A stretch of DNA of 64,000 nt from Babesia bigemina (lineage: Eukaryota). Position 1 is the first letter of the stretch, and each line of letters begins with the position of its first letter. The stretch covers positions 434,001 through 498,000 of the forward strand of contig NC_027216.1 in the NCBI RefSeq assembly GCF_000981445.1. The letters are read 5' to 3'. The notes beneath the pieces are model-generated. The model saw only the letters and a list, made by a program, of their open reading frames with translations. It did no database searches and was not told the DNA's origin. Below, piece by piece: positions 46,290-60,071 of the stretch. A program made the translations under genes and the position numbers.

Positions 46290-47023
46290 ATGGACTGCTG
46301 TGGCCGATTTTAGCCGCTATAAGCGTGTAATATACGGCGGGGATTCCATCGTTGCGCCGATACTTTCAAACCGCTTTGAGCGTGCCAGGTGAGCTCAGCG
46401 ACACATCCCGCCGTCGCCTGCGACAAGTTGCCGAAATGCCGCGAACTAGAGGCGGATATTCATTTTTAGCGTGATTTGCTACAACGGTGGCTAGAAGTCA
46501 GCACGGAATACCGTCTACTGTCGTGTCTATGGTGAGCGGATACGGCTCCGCCGGGCGCCTCCGGCACCGCGAAACGCCGGGCACATGGGCTTACGAACTG
46601 CACACATTGCCTTCCGTAGACGAAAAATCGAGATGTGCGAGGGGAATATCACCTCGCAAATTTTTATGCACCGCCAATCCTGTTGTCTGGCCCACACATC
46701 TATTCCCAGGCGGACTGCTGAGCTAGATCCACCACCCAGCGGAGCGTGTACTCCCTAGGAGCATACCTGCATCGCAACGATGCGGATGCGCGTTTTTGAG
46801 ATCTGTTTTAATCTTTTGGTCTTGTGTGTAGCACCCATGTAATGGGGTCTATGGCATGAAATCTTTCATCTGGAACACCGTTGGAACCAGAGCAGGTGCC
46901 TCCAACGCGGATTGTCAATCCTTAAACTGTTGGTGTGCAAGTTAGGAACGGCCTGGTTGCACCCCCGCACGACACGCAAGCATCGCGTGCGCAATTTTCG
47001 CTACCCATCGCTCTGCACATCCG

Positions 47024-47924
47024 ATGGATTCGCACAAAGTGGACCCCGTCGACATGTCGTACGGGTACACCGAGGCGCCCGGGCGCCAGCCGTACGACAT
47101 GGAGCGTGCGAGCACCCAGCGGTCGCTGATGCCGCTGAGTGACCACATGGACACCGGAGCCGCGCGCCTGGAGCAGACACTGGAGATGTTGAACGTCCGC
47201 TACCAGTCGCTGTTCTTCGCCTCCGCTGCGTGCATCGTCGCCAACGCCGTGATGACCTTCCTCAGCAGCTTCGGCATCACCCAGCTGCCGTGTCTGATCA
47301 TGTCCGTCTTCCTCATCATCAACGGGCTCATGATCATGATCCTGGACGTGCCCGGCACCCCCAGGTGGGCCGGCAAGCACCGCCGCAACATCCGCAAGAA
47401 CATGCGGTTCCTCACGAGGCTGACTGGGAAATCGCTCTGGTTGGCGCTGCTGGGCGCCACCTCGCTGATGACCACGAAGGCCACCCGCTCGGTGAACATC
47501 TTCCGCATCTTCATGAGCACGGTCAGCACCATCTTCGTGTTCGCCGCCGCCGGCACCGGCATGCTCATCGTGGGTTTACGGCTGTGACAGTTAACGGAGC
47601 GCAGGCCATCAGGAAGAGTCTGCGCCTCGAGCGCGTCAAGGGCATCATCAAGGAGAACTCCAAGGGGGCCTACATCGACTGCTACCGCAAGTACGCGCTC
47701 GGCGACCCCGACTACGGCATGCAATTCCGTAAGTGGCGACGGCTGCTCGCACATGGTTCGCAGAGGAGTTCAACCGCATGTGCGCTGACCACACGTCTGG
47801 AACGCACCAGTTCGACATTGTCGATCTGTACATCATATTTAACGTGCTCGATGAGTTCCAGAAGTCGGCAATCAACGAGCGCGAGTTTTACGAGTGGATG
47901 GCAGGTTCGCTCGTCTTCCTCTGA
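47024..47924 (+). CDS. COPI-associated (Tvp15-like) multi-pass membrane protein, 3 exons
   Basis: Four TM helices with MRFLTRLTGKSLWLALLG; C-terminal EF-hand-like INEREFYEWM. Confidence 0.7.
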
Positions 47925-47952
47925 GGAGGGCGGCGCAAATACAGTGATTTAA

Positions 47953-49330
47953 TCAATCGTATTGTTCGTTGAAGTGGAGCGCCGCGGCGAGCTCAGCGTC
48001 GCCGTTGGTGGCCTCTAGCAGCTCAACGGCTCTTTCGTATGATACATTCAGGAGCTCCTGCAGCCTGCGCAAATTGGTTTTGGCCGTGCCGCGCTGACTC
48101 ACCGTGTGGCGTCCTCACGGGATATCACCCGGTCGCTGCTCGCGGGCACGGTGGAGGTGAGGGATGTCGACCCGCCGCCCGAGGACGCAACTCCGCTCGA
48201 CGAAGAATTGATGGCCGTCCCCACCTCGCGGGGCACGTCGGCCGCGGGCGCAGCGAAGGGCCGCTGGTCGATTTCGTACTCGGGGAGGAAGGGCACCGTC
48301 ACCCCGCAGATCTGCATGGAGTTGCTCGCGAGGTTAATGGTGCACTGGTGTCGCCGCAGCAGGTCGAGCCCCAGAATGAAATCCATGTGCAGGGACTCGA
48401 TCAACACGCACGAAAAGGGGATGTGGGTCTCGCCTATCTTCAGGTTCGCGAGGTGTATCTTGCCCACAATGCGGCTCTGGCTCACGCCGACCGCCACACC
48501 GTGGTACCTCCGGTCCACCAGGCTCAGCAGATTGCATCGCTGAGCGCACTCTAGGCTCATCACCGTCTCCTGGGCGCCAGTGTCCACCAACGCCTTCACT
48601 GTCACTTGGTTAATCTGGGTAGATACGAACAGCATGAACACCCTGGCGAAGGATTCCGGCAGGTACCTGTGGGCGTGCGCCAGGTTCTCGTCGATGCGGT
48701 TGCGACTTATCTCCTCGTGTATCACCTGCTGCGATTCCGGCGTTAGTGGGTTCAGGTACGCCCGGAAGAGCTTCGCCTGGCGGTCGCGCTGCTTGTCGAT
48801 CTCCAGGCGGTGATGCTTCTTCAGGGCCGCCACGACTTGCTCGAGGTCCTTGGTGAGCACCGCGTCGTGCACATCGGGGGACATGTCTCGAATGGCCTCG
48901 AGCTCGAGTGAGCCGGGTTTCAGTGTCTGCATGATCGTGCTGGCACGCTGCCGCAGCAGCGTATCTGCGGCGCGTCACAAACAGTCGAAATCTCAAACTC
49001 ACCCACGTCGTTGTCTATCTGGGACATCTGTCTCGACCGCATCAACCCGGGCGTGAGCGGCACGGCTGGCGCGTATCCGACGTATACAACGTCGCCGTGC
49101 TTGACGCATGCCTCCTGCATCGTCTGCTCCGCATTTTCTAGCGCCCGTCCGTCGATGAACAGCTTCTGCCCTTCAACCGGGATGTTGAAATGGCTCAGGA
49201 TGAGGTGCTTCAGCTTGTATATGGTCCAGTCCGGCTCGAGGTAGAGCGTGGTATAGCGGTCGTCTGCAGGGTGTGTCGGCGGGAAAATGTTGCACATACC
49301 CTGCGTCGCTACCGTGACCGAAAACATCAT
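47953..49330 (-). CDS. DDI1: DDI1 aspartyl protease (UBL, retroviral-type protease, UBA)
   Basis: UBL WTIYKLK...IPVEGQKLFIDG; PESFARVFMLFV...ALVDTGAQETVMS; FILGLDLLRRHQCTINL; final exon UBA-like AVELLEATNGDAELAAAL. Confidence 0.93.
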
Positions 49331-52218
49331 GACAGAGCGTCTCCGAAAATATCGTACGTGAGGTAGAAAAAGTACCGCGCCAGTGGCGCGTAGTCGATGA
49401 TGTGTAGGTGTGCGTCGATTGACTTCCAGCGCACATACCTGGATGCGCGGCCGTAGTCGATGCAGAATTTATCCAATTGCGCGCCGCTTAGACGCTCTGA
49501 AATGCGGTGGCACATCGACTCAACGGTGGCGCTTCTGGTGTTGGCGAGCGACGGCTCCAGCAGGCAGGAGTATGCCAGGGAGACGTGATCCTGCAGTATG
49601 CCCACCAGCTTCACCTTCCGGAAGAGGCGCACGCCATCGTCGCCGGACAGCTCGTACAGGTAGCACGTATCACGGCTGGGCCCGTCGGTCAGCAGCAGCT
49701 GGTTGAGGCATGCCGACCGCATGTAGGACGCAAGGAGGCAACAGCCCTTTTCCAGCAGCTTCGACGGCATACGCGGCACACCGATGTGCGGACACGCGAG
49801 AGTCACCAGTGCATGGACCTTTTCGCGATACGGTCCCAGGTGGCGCAACGCGGCACGCACCACCAGTCCGCCCATCGAATGCGTGACGAACGAGAGGCGG
49901 CCTAGCTTGCGAGTGAGAGCATTCCTCCGCACGTGTATATCTATTTCCTGTGCCAGAAGTGACGCCTTGTGCTCAATTGAGCCTGCAGCACTCCGTGACT
50001 GGCTGGTACTGTGACTCACTCTCCGGGTTCTCGTAGAGGAAGCGCGACACAATCACCTCAGTGTTGCTCGTGAACGCGAGGAGTGTGTTGCGCACGAAAC
50101 GCATGGTTACCGGGTAGCCGTTGTAGCCGTGCACCAGCACCACTAGGTGCACACCGGCGTGGTTGGCAGGCTCCGCTGCCGCCTCGGCATTTCGCGGTGG
50201 CACTGGGGTGTGCCGCATAAATGGAAAGTTGTCGGCAATGAAGCTGCACGACCGTTTAAAGCCCTCTTTTCAATTCGACTTACAAGTGATGTTCATCAGT
50301 GATCCTCATTGACCGTAGCAAGGCCACCAATGCGGTCTGGTCAAGCGCGGGGTCGCCCATCCGCTTAAAGACCCTGAGCTGCTCTTTCACATACGCATCG
50401 ACGTATCTGCGTCTATCTTGGGCATCACACTGCACATCTGCAACCACACGGTCCCACGTTAGGCAGATCCATGTACAGAGTCCGAAGAACATCTGTGAGC
50501 GTGAATGGGCCGCCTTTTCCCCAAACCAACCTTGCTCATAGTGTGCGCCAACGCGGTACCGGTTGCGGCTTGAGGAACCGAGTACCCCTCAACGTCGTCC
50601 AAAACCACAGTAACACCGTGCCGAACGGTGATTGAAAGCTTCTTCTCCCCGCATTTCCGGATGCCCAACAGGTCGGCGATACGGTTCAGGCGTTGGCAGA
50701 TGGCCACGTGCAGCGTTGAGGCAGACCTCGGCTGAAATAGTGCACCTGCTGCATTTGGCGTTTCATGTGTATTACGGAGAGCCCCATCCTCTTGCTTCAC
50801 CTCCCCGTCCGTGAACGATACGACAGCACCATCTGAACCAGGATATCCTGAGCGAAACACGATCACTCACCTAGGATTGTGGTGTTGTGAGCACAGTTGC
50901 GCTCAATATGGGCGTTGGTGTTAGCGAAACTGTTTTCGTTTGTTGCGCTGTTGTCTGGGTTTGCAGCATTCGCGCTGCTGCTGGCGGCCTCCAGCGCACC
51001 TTCTGGGTGCCGTACTGGCAGCGCTCTGTCGAGAGCTACTGCAGTGTCCGCCAAAATCTTGGCATAAATGTAGATGAGCATCCTAGCGCCCATCGAGAAG
51101 GTGGCGTCATCGTAGGGCGCCGGGTCGCCTGACTTAGCGTCGGCACTTTCGGCCAAGGGGGCCTCAGGCTCCCACTCGAGACCGAACGCAGCTCCGCAGC
51201 CATGATCTCCGGCCACCACCTGTGCGATAAATGTATTGATAGCTAGTTCTGCCTTTTTGGCAGTCACGTTGGGCTCCCTGAAGTCGGTGGCACTGCTGTG
51301 ATGCAGTAGCCACCTTCTTCCTCCGGTTGCGGGCTTTGGGGAGTCGTAAAACGCCTCCTCGTGCTTATTTGACTGCATAAACCACTTTTTGACCAGCTTG
51401 TTGCCAGACTTCTTCAGCATATGGCGCCATTCGAGGTAGTGCTGGCAAGGCTCCGTGGAGAGCGGCAGCGACAGGGGCGCAGCGATGCCCAACTTCGTAA
51501 CGGCAGTACGCACCGTAAGGTGCGCAACTGCGTTCAGGTGTTCTCCGTCGAAGTTGCACGGGTAGTACTCCCTTGCCGCTGCATCGCGGTGACGTTGTGA
51601 CACCGGTGAACAAACCCTGGGCCAAGTTCCCGACCCTGAATGCCTTGGCGTCAACGACAGTCGGCAAACCGTTGTTGCCTCCCGTCTCCTTGCTCACAAT
51701 TGCGCCTGATGCATGTAAACGTTGGCTGCCACGTGCGTACCATTTTCGGTGACTGGGAAGCTGACGAGCGTGGCTTCCACATACAGAGCGGATGACGCCA
51801 GCACCGACGGTATAGCCGGCAATTCCGCCCGGAACCGTGCAACCTCGTTGACCGTAACCTGATGATGCAATGAATCACGCCTAGTTTGGTTGTACAACGC
51901 ACCCTGTGGTGCCTACTTTTGACGAAAAACGGACGCGTTACGTAAGCGTCGTCGTCCGCCGCCACTGCGATTAGGGGTACAAGGCATTCCGGAAGGTCTG
52001 CTGGCAACGATGTCGGACCCAGGGCGGGAGCACTCGGGTTAACCAAGAGCGCGGCGATGTGCTGCGACGCGTGAGGGATTCATAGTGGCGTTCGTTACCT
52101 TATTGCCCACCTGTTTGTAGACCCTGAAACCTAGTCGGTACCACGTCGAGTCCTGCAGTGCAACGCCGTGTAACTCAGTACACGTAATCGCGATGTCAAC
52201 GTGAGCCCACACACCCAT
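49327..52218 (-). CDS. FAM135/DUF676 putative serine esterase, multi-exon
   Basis: N-terminus MGVWAHVDIAITCTELHGVALQDSTWYRLGFRV; HLVVLVHGYNG; LSFVTHSMGGLVVR; LACPHIG; C-terminus IDAHLHIID...FGDALS*. Confidence 0.8.
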
Positions 52219-52405
52219 GCTGGCGGTCTAGACTCAGGTTTAAGGCCCTAAAGCGGCCGCATGGCCACTTCAATCTAGACCCCTGGCGGCGAGCTGCCGA
52301 GAGGCGACCAGCAGCCGGCAGCCATAAAATCAAAACTCAAATATACATACAAAAGTATTTAACACTTTAAGTCCGCGGATTCCACACCGCGTACGCAGGT
52401 CCCGC

Positions 52406-53145
52406 TCACCACGACCAGCGCGGTCCCAGCAGCGTCACACCGGCAGCTTGACTGCGCAACGCTCCCATTGCTTCATCGTAGCCAACGATCAGGCCGCTAC
52501 CGTCTCACTTGGGCGCGTAGAAGAACCAGTGTCGCGTGAAGACTGTCAGATTTGGCATGAGCACGAACACGGGGAGAGCGAAGAAGAGCAGCTGCGTAGG
52601 CTTGGGCAGGAAAAAGATGTCGGTGCCGCGAATCTCGGTCCCACACTGGTTGCCGAACGCCGTGCTCGGCACCAGCGACTGCAGGTTGAGCGTGCTGCTG
52701 CATCCACCGGTGTCGCCCAGATGGCCCGACTGCGAATCTTTGAGCGGCAGCGCAGACACACGGCGGGCGAATGGCACGTGCTTGATGAAGCGGTACTGGC
52801 CGATGGGCTCGCCCCTGTGCGGCTCCTCCCCGGAGTCGGCCTCAGGCATCCGGTGGTTCGGGTTGTAGACGAGGTCGCGGAGGAACGGCGCCGTGTACGG
52901 GCGCCTCGACCACTCGAATCCCATCTTGGCGTCACGATGCTGCACACGAGTACGATCCCGAAACAACCCTGGCTCCTCGCGAATTTCGTCCCGGAGCGCT
53001 TCTAGCCAGGGGCTGCGAGGCAGATTGATGTTCAAACCCCGCGAACGTGGCCGTCACAGCGGGCCACCTTTACACACGTTTGTCAAGTTCGTCGTGTAGT
53101 TAACACGCGAATTTCGTGAGTATTTGAGTGCCGCGAATACCCCAT
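52406..53145 (-). CDS. Hypothetical single-TM protein, 4-exon hand model
   Basis: MG|WPAVTA|TPWLEALRDEIR...QLLFFALPVFVLMPNLTVF...YAP|NQAAGVTLLGPRWSW*, with phase-consistent GT-AG introns. Confidence 0.6.
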
Positions 53146-53248
53146 GGTTCGCCTCCCCGTTTTGCGCAGCCGCGCGCCCTCCCGCTGGGCGCACATCGAG
53201 ATAGTGTTTTACAGGGCGGTTAGCTTAGGCGGTTCAGCGATGTGGCTG

Positions 53249-56200
53249 CTAGTGTTTTCGTGCTTTCGCGTCTGTCTTTTCCGGCGATGCCGGCTTTCCG
53301 GCATCCCCGGCGTCTATATCGATGATATCACCTGAGCGGCTTCGACGAGCGAGGGCAAGCGCACCTACCGCTGCCTTCCATGAGCCTGTTGCATAACTCG
53401 TCCACGATGTGGTCGGTTGCAGATGGTGGGATGGGCTGACGAGGTTGCTCGAAGCCCGCTGTGCCGGCCTCAGCGTTCTCCAGATGCTCCTTCAGTATCT
53501 GCTCGTTCACCTCCAGCAGCCGTCGCCGCTTCTCTTCCAACGCTGCGTGTCATGCACGGAGATGCGCGTATGCGCGCAACTCACACGACGAGAAGTGGCG
53601 CGCCTGCGTTGCCACGGGCCCCGGGGTCAAGAGGGGCCGTGCAGCGGGCCATGGGCGAACTTCGTAAAGCCGCCTAAAAGCAAGTGTATGGGCGTGCCAC
53701 CGGCCCTACCGTATGCGCTCTAGGTAAATCAGCTTTTGCTTGGTGGACACTGCGTATCATATACGTGAGTCAACGTTAAACCCACCCAATTGCGCCCATT
53801 CCTGGTGTGGCACGTGTATCACTTGCCAGCCTGCGCTGTTCAGAATCTGCGCGTGATGCGTCCTGAGGCCAGCCGTTTACCTCGTGTTTTAGTATCGATT
53901 TCGCTGTGCGCATCGTGGTTTCGGCGTAGAAGTGCGCCGGGCCGTCGTACTCGATCGCCACTCGGCGCGCCGGGCCTGTCTCCGGGACCACGTCTATTAG
54001 ATACGGCCCGAATTGGACCTCGTTGCGATGGCACACTCCCATCTGCGCGCGCTGCAGCGTCACTGCCGCGTGAAACTAACCAGATTCAGGAGGTGGGACA
54101 CCTCTTTATGCGCCGAAGATGACGTGAGCATGTACTCCGCCAGGGCAAACCTGACGGCGGAGCACTTCCGCAGCACGTCCAGCGCCTTTGCAGACAGTTT
54201 GCCGTATATGTCACGCCGCTGGCAGAACATGATTGACGTGTAAGCCGCCACTTACGATATGCCTAAGGTAGAGGTGCACCGTCTGCACCTTGAAGACGGT
54301 GGCCACGTCCAACTTCGAGCCTAGGCGCGAGAGCATGGCGTCCAGTATAGCGTCCTGGAAGCCGTACGGCAGCACATTCGTGGCTGGGTCAGGAATGCGA
54401 TGAGACGCGAGTGCCACTGGTTGTTCATCGTAGCCGTTGCGATGGTCACCACCCTTCGTCACACTGACGCCATTGTCGGAGTTGTCCTCGCCCGAACAAG
54501 GATCCGATAAGTCTGCTGCCGATTCACCTTCACGTGGCTGCAGCGATACGGGTTTGCTGCTTGATTCTTGCGATATCTCCCGATGCTGCATTCGCTGTAG
54601 TTGCTGCAGGGCTTCGGAGTCACGGCGCGGGGCGCTCTGCAGGTGCAACTCCCTTTGCAGGTAGTCGAAGTGCACCAAGACGTATATGTAGCATACGCTG
54701 ATGTCGGCCAGCTGGACCTCGCTGAACTCATGCTGGTGCTTCAGCAGGAGCGGGAGCAACTGCCGGTACAGGTCCGCGTCCGACGTGCGTAACATAGCAA
54801 GCCGCGAGAATACCACGTGCAGCTGGTTCCTGTCGAAGTCGGCGATGCGGTGCTTTATGCACATCGCCAGCTTCTGCAGGAACGATGTGTTGCGGAACGC
54901 GAAATCTGCCAGCATTTAGGGGAGCACCATACCGGCACGTACCGTTCAAGGCGCTAAGCATGTTTGCGATGTCGTGCGTGGTGAGGTGCACCAGGTGGAG
55001 TGAGCAGCGTTTTATCGAGTCCTTCACCAAGCCCAGGTTGTAGCGTTTAAGCTTCGCCAGCGCCTTCAGCGTGTTAATGAGCAGCGGGATCTGGAACTCG
55101 TTCACGCGGTCCTTCACCTCCTTCAGCATGGAGTCCGTGAGCTTGGAGTGAGACACCTTCAGCTTGACGAACGCATTCAGGACCCGGCATAGCGCGGACG
55201 TGCTGTACGCCGTCTTGTCCCTGGTGCGCACGATGGCGTCGGTGATGAACGGGACGAACGCCTCCACACGGCGCGGCGCCATCGAAGTCAGCATCGACGC
55301 GATCATCTCGCCGCTGATGTCGTCCGGCCCGGCCGCGCGCAGCTGCCGCTTCAGCAGCGTCGTCAGCACCACGTACAGTCGCTGGTCCTTGAAGCCGACC
55401 CGGCTGAATGCCTGCATCAGGTGTTCCAGCGACTGGAAGTCGAAGCTGTATCGCTTGAACTTGAGTGCGACAGTGCCCCTATATATGATTTCGTCGGCCA
55501 GTCTGAGGAACAGCAGCGGGACGTGCTGGCCGGCCCTGGCGTACGACACTGCCACCAACCCGAGCTGCTGGCAGTTCAGCGAATTGACCCGCTGCAGGAT
55601 AATCTGCGCCACCCTCATGAAAAGCTCGCGGTTGTTGATTCCGGCGCGCGAGTACGCGTGGCACAGGAGAACCAGCGACAGGGTGGGCGACTCGGAGTCT
55701 ATGTGGTGGTTCAGCCAGGGTATGTAGGCGTTCAGCAGCTTGGTGCAGTCCTCCTCAAGTTTCACGAAGGCGTTGAAGACCATCGCCACGTCGATCACCT
55801 TGGGCGGAACCGCGCTGGCGGGGGCAGCTGCTTGCTGCGGTGCTGCCGGCAGTTGGTCTGCTGCATCTCCGACCGGTGCAGCAGCTGCGTCGCATTGGTA
55901 GGCCGCGCCGAGAGCCGCTGACGGTGACGGTGAAGCATCCAAGCAAGCGCCAACATACGGCTGGAGCACCTCCATACAAATCTCTGTTGAGCGTTTGCCC
56001 GCCCAGTATTTTTCCAGTTCCCTATGCAACCTCCTCTCGACCGCCTGCAGCAGCCGGCGTGAGTGCCTCTCCGCCCGAGCGAATGAGTTGGCGATCAGCG
56101 CCACGTTCCTGTGCGACGCCTCCGATACGAGCCTGTCTGCATGTGCGTCCACAAAGTGCAGCAGCTCGTCGTGGCCGACGCGCTGGCGCGCGAACGAATT

Positions 56201-56992
56201 CAGAAAGATGCCGATGTCGTCCGCCGGCATGCCCGCTATGTGCTTCGGGATCAGCGCCACCGCTCGCTTGTAGAATGTCTCCACAGGGCCGGTGACTGGC
56301 ACCCTGCGCGCCCATTCAAGCATGCACGAGCCGCAACTCTACCTCAAAGTGGCCAGTGCCGACGCGACCTCCCTGACGTGCCACACCTCCGCCTCCGCGA
56401 TATGCTGCGGCCACCATTAGTCACTGGCAGCCTAGTGGTTGCGTACCCTGTTGAACGTTTGGACCAGCTCCGTGATCGTTGTCAGCGAACGTGAGGCGAG
56501 TGCCGCGTACGCCCTGAGTATGAGGGCGATTTCCTTGGTGCTGAAGTTGGCTCCCAGCCGCCTAACGCCCTCGTTCAGGTCGCTCGTGAACCCCGAGGCT
56601 GCAGCGGGCACCCATCGCAGGGCCATGAAGACCTTCGCGTAGTCCCCCGGCAGCAACGCCCTGCCAAGGGCCACTGTCCTTTCGAGCAGCCGCTGCACAT
56701 AGTCCAGGTCGAGCCTTTTGCGCGTGTCTTCCACGGCCAGCACGCCATACACGGTCATCAGTTGCTCCCTGGTTGCCTTCTGCAGCTCCTGCGGCGGCAG
56801 AAGCGCCTAACGCAACGTGCAGTTGACGCCTAGGAAGACCAACCTCGTGGATTGCCCGGTACTTGCTGGTCTGCGGATCTGACTTCGGCACTCTGACGAT
56901 GCGGAAAGCGAATCCCCTGCGGAATCTCGCCAGGAGGCGAGCACCTGCGACGGCGCTGGCGCCGCGCGGCTGGAGGTACATGGCGCCAGCAT
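53249..56992 (-). CDS. RAP-domain helical-repeat RNA-binding protein (organellar), multi-exon
   Basis: RAP domain GPYLIDV...VAIEYDGPAHFY...KHE|ILNSAGWQVIRVPHQEW; many ~37-aa helical repeats; Arg-rich presequence ARLLARFRRGF. Confidence 0.85.
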
Positions 56993-57416
56993 TTACCACC
57001 TTCGGTCATGCCGTTGAGCCATGTGTCCGCTGCGCCGTGCCATATTTCACCATTGCGTGCCAAGACGTGGTTTTCAATCGAAGTGTGTGACTTAGACAGA
57101 CGCCGTCCGGCGAGTCCCCTGCGCCGAACACATGCCCGAAGGCGCCGGTAACTGTGACGCCGCCACTCCGCAACGGCATATTACCAAATGCCATCCCTAT
57201 AACGAAGTTTTGGCCGGTATCTAGGCGGATGTGTTGGCGTTGAGACGCCGCAGGCGAGAAACTTCTGCGTGTACCGCGATGAACGTTTCCGAATCGCGAG
57301 CACCGGCCGCCAGTCCTTAGCGTAGTAACCGCGACCGAAACTTCATCAAGGCGCAGTCCGCATCCGTACTCTCCACCGCAGTCGTCAGTGTCGCGGTGGC
57401 CCTGACGACTGCTCCA

Positions 57417-59826
57417 ATGGCCGAAGTCGTGGTATTCAAGGAGCTCTACAGCTGGCAGGTTGGTGTCGAACGATTGCGCGTCATTCCGCGAGCAGAGTGA
57501 CCACGACCAGGCAGTGTTTGTCGACGGAGCTAACGAAGTGGTCATATATCAGAGCGTCTACGACAAGAGCATACGGGTGATCGACTCTGCCACGGAAAAC
57601 ACTATTTTTAACAATGCTAGGTATGAGCGTGGCCAGGCCGTTACAGTGACGCCAAATCAGGTTCCCGAAGCCCCTTTGCGAAGTCATCGCCTTCTCCGCA
57701 GACGGCCGCCTGGTCCTGTACTGGCACAACCACCCACTTGCCATCGTACGTTGGAGTCACACGCGCGGCAACCTCTTCAGGGCATAGTTAACGGGTTTGA
57801 CGTCGACTCTGACGACATCCTCGTGGACTGCACTCCGTACGAGGAGACGATCGTGCTCAACATCTTTTGGCTGGAAGCCGGCACCAACGGCACCTACGAC
57901 TTCGCTGTTGTCTGCACCACCTGCATCGACATTTACAGCGTAAGTCGCACCGCTGACAAGTTAATATCACATTTCAACAGTACAGCAGCAGCAACCAAGT
58001 CCTGCGCCGGGTGTGCAGCAAGCGCATCAGCTGCACTGACGTTTGGAACGACGTCAGTGGGACGCACGTGATCGTGCTGAAGAGCAACCAGGTTCTCCAG
58101 CTCTACCGGCTGATCAACAAGGTGGGTGGAACTCGGCGAGCCCCGCCATGCAACGCAGGAGGTGAGAGCGGTGACCGACATCGAACTGGCCATTAAAAGC
58201 GAGCACAAGCTCCACAAGTCGTCGATCATCGTGGCCACCATATACAACGACACGTACTGCATCCACAAGGACGCCAGCAGCGGCACCATCTCGCTGAGAT
58301 CGCTGCGCAACAGCAAGGCCGTAGACATCGTGCTCGAACTCAGCTGCCAAGGTTCGTCCAGGAGTGGGCGCCGATAATCCGCATCAGGATGGCTGGAGAT
58401 TGCCATATTGGACAACGTCGTCCTTGCATTGACCGGGGGGGGCGAGACGTATCTCTTCGACATCGCGATGACGGACAAAAGGTTGTTGGCGCGTGTCCCG
58501 CAGAGCAAGCCGGCGGTCGCGTCCATGTCCAGCGACGTGCAGGGTAGGCACGCTCCGTTGTGGCCACATCGACTTGCAGCGTTCATTCCAAACGTGGTTG
58601 TGGACTACTACGGAGGGTTCGCGTACAACATTGCCATCGATCACAATATGCTCATGCTGCTCCTTTCGCAGAAGTACGCCGAGCCGCTGGTGGCCGACTT
58701 CTACCAGCGCCGCATCGGGTCGGCGCAGCGTGTGTTGGACATCGTCAACAACGCGATCGAAAACAAGTCGGTTAGCTTGTGCTGCAGTCACATTAGCCCA
58801 GGATGCGCGCCAACAAGCTTTTGGTCCTGCTCTCCACCATAGTGGCTCCGTACGCGAAGGTCCTCGTTGAGTAAGCGTGACACCCCTGCCACATCCACAA
58901 CGCGCAGCTTGAACAAGCTAGGCACAAGGACGGAAAAGAACGTGGCGATACCGTTCAATCTCGTCGAGGAGTACATCGGCCAGCGGTCTGTGATCTCTGA
59001 GCACCGCTTCGCCAAGACGATCATCTACGCCGCCGTGGCCAAGGAGTGGAACCTCAAGCCCGGCGAGAACGTCTTCGACGCGGCGATTGCGCTGCTGTGT
59101 CATCACAGGCGGTTCGACCACAGCGTCCTGGTCAATATTCGCGATGAACTGGAAATCCAGCCGAACCCCGTCAACAACTTCATCCTCAAGAGCCGGCTTA
59201 TATCCAGCACCAAGGAAGATATCTCCGCCGACTTCCGCGACTACGTGACGCTGCACGGGGCTGCCATCCCCAATCCGCACGACCGGTCGCTGCGGAATCG
59301 GCCCTATATTATCGTGGTTACCTTGTCGTACCTCCGGGCGCTCGTCGCTCACAACCTGCAGCCCACCAACGTGCTGCAAATACTCCTCCTGGACATGTGC
59401 GTGCTGTACAACAACATCGATCTCGCGTTGCAGCTCATCAGGTCCAAGAATATCCGGGATTCCGCCTACGTGTGCTACCGCCTGCTCTACCTCTACGTGG
59501 TGCTCCGGGACCCAGCCCTGCGCCAGATATGCCTCGACATGGCCATTCGGCTGAAGCTGTACGGCATTTGCGTCAAGATCGCGGTGATCGACGAGGACTA
59601 CTACAGCGCGCTGGTGGTCATGAAGGCGCACGGCGTCGCCTCGTTCCCGATGCACCGCATCCTCTACTGCGCCGCCAAGGACGTGGAGGCCCAGGAGCGC
59701 AAGCCGCATCTGTGGCCGTCGATGCTTGCGTTCATAAAGTCCTGGGCGGAGGAGAGCGCCACTGACGGCACGTCATGCGCGCCTCCGAATTTACGCGGCT
59801 GCGAAATGTGGCTGCCCAGCCTGTGA
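57417..59826 (+). CDS. RMC1/Mic1-domain protein (regulator of Mon1-Ccz1), multi-exon
   Basis: N-terminal beta-propeller-like exons; C-terminal YLRALVAHNLQP...LQLIRSKNIRDS...RQICLDMAIRL fits the Mic1 domain. Confidence 0.75.
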
Positions 59827-60071
59827 GGGCTATTGCCTGCACGGCGGAGTGGACCCACCCACCGTATGGAGCAACCCCGCCACTCACGAACATCGCATGC
59901 TATTTTCATAAAGCTATTTTAACGTAACGAACAACAGCAAATCGGTGCACAGCCGTCTGTGAAATCACGTGAAATTGGTGTTGCGGGATCTCTGGATCGG
60001 TTATATCATCATCAACGCCCTTTAAATGGCGCGTTTGCCGAGCAGGTGGAAAATGCAGCCTACTGCGTGCC

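Noticed and set aside
48300..48660. Retroviral-type aspartyl protease motif (LVDTGA) suggesting a retroelement
   Set aside because: It is the RVP domain of cellular DDI1, with UBL, UBA and introns; no RT, integrase or LTRs.
52117..52136. accctgaaacctag resembling telomeric repeat or a telomerase template
   Set aside because: Single short match inside the first coding exon of the FAM135-like gene (RLGFRV on the minus strand).
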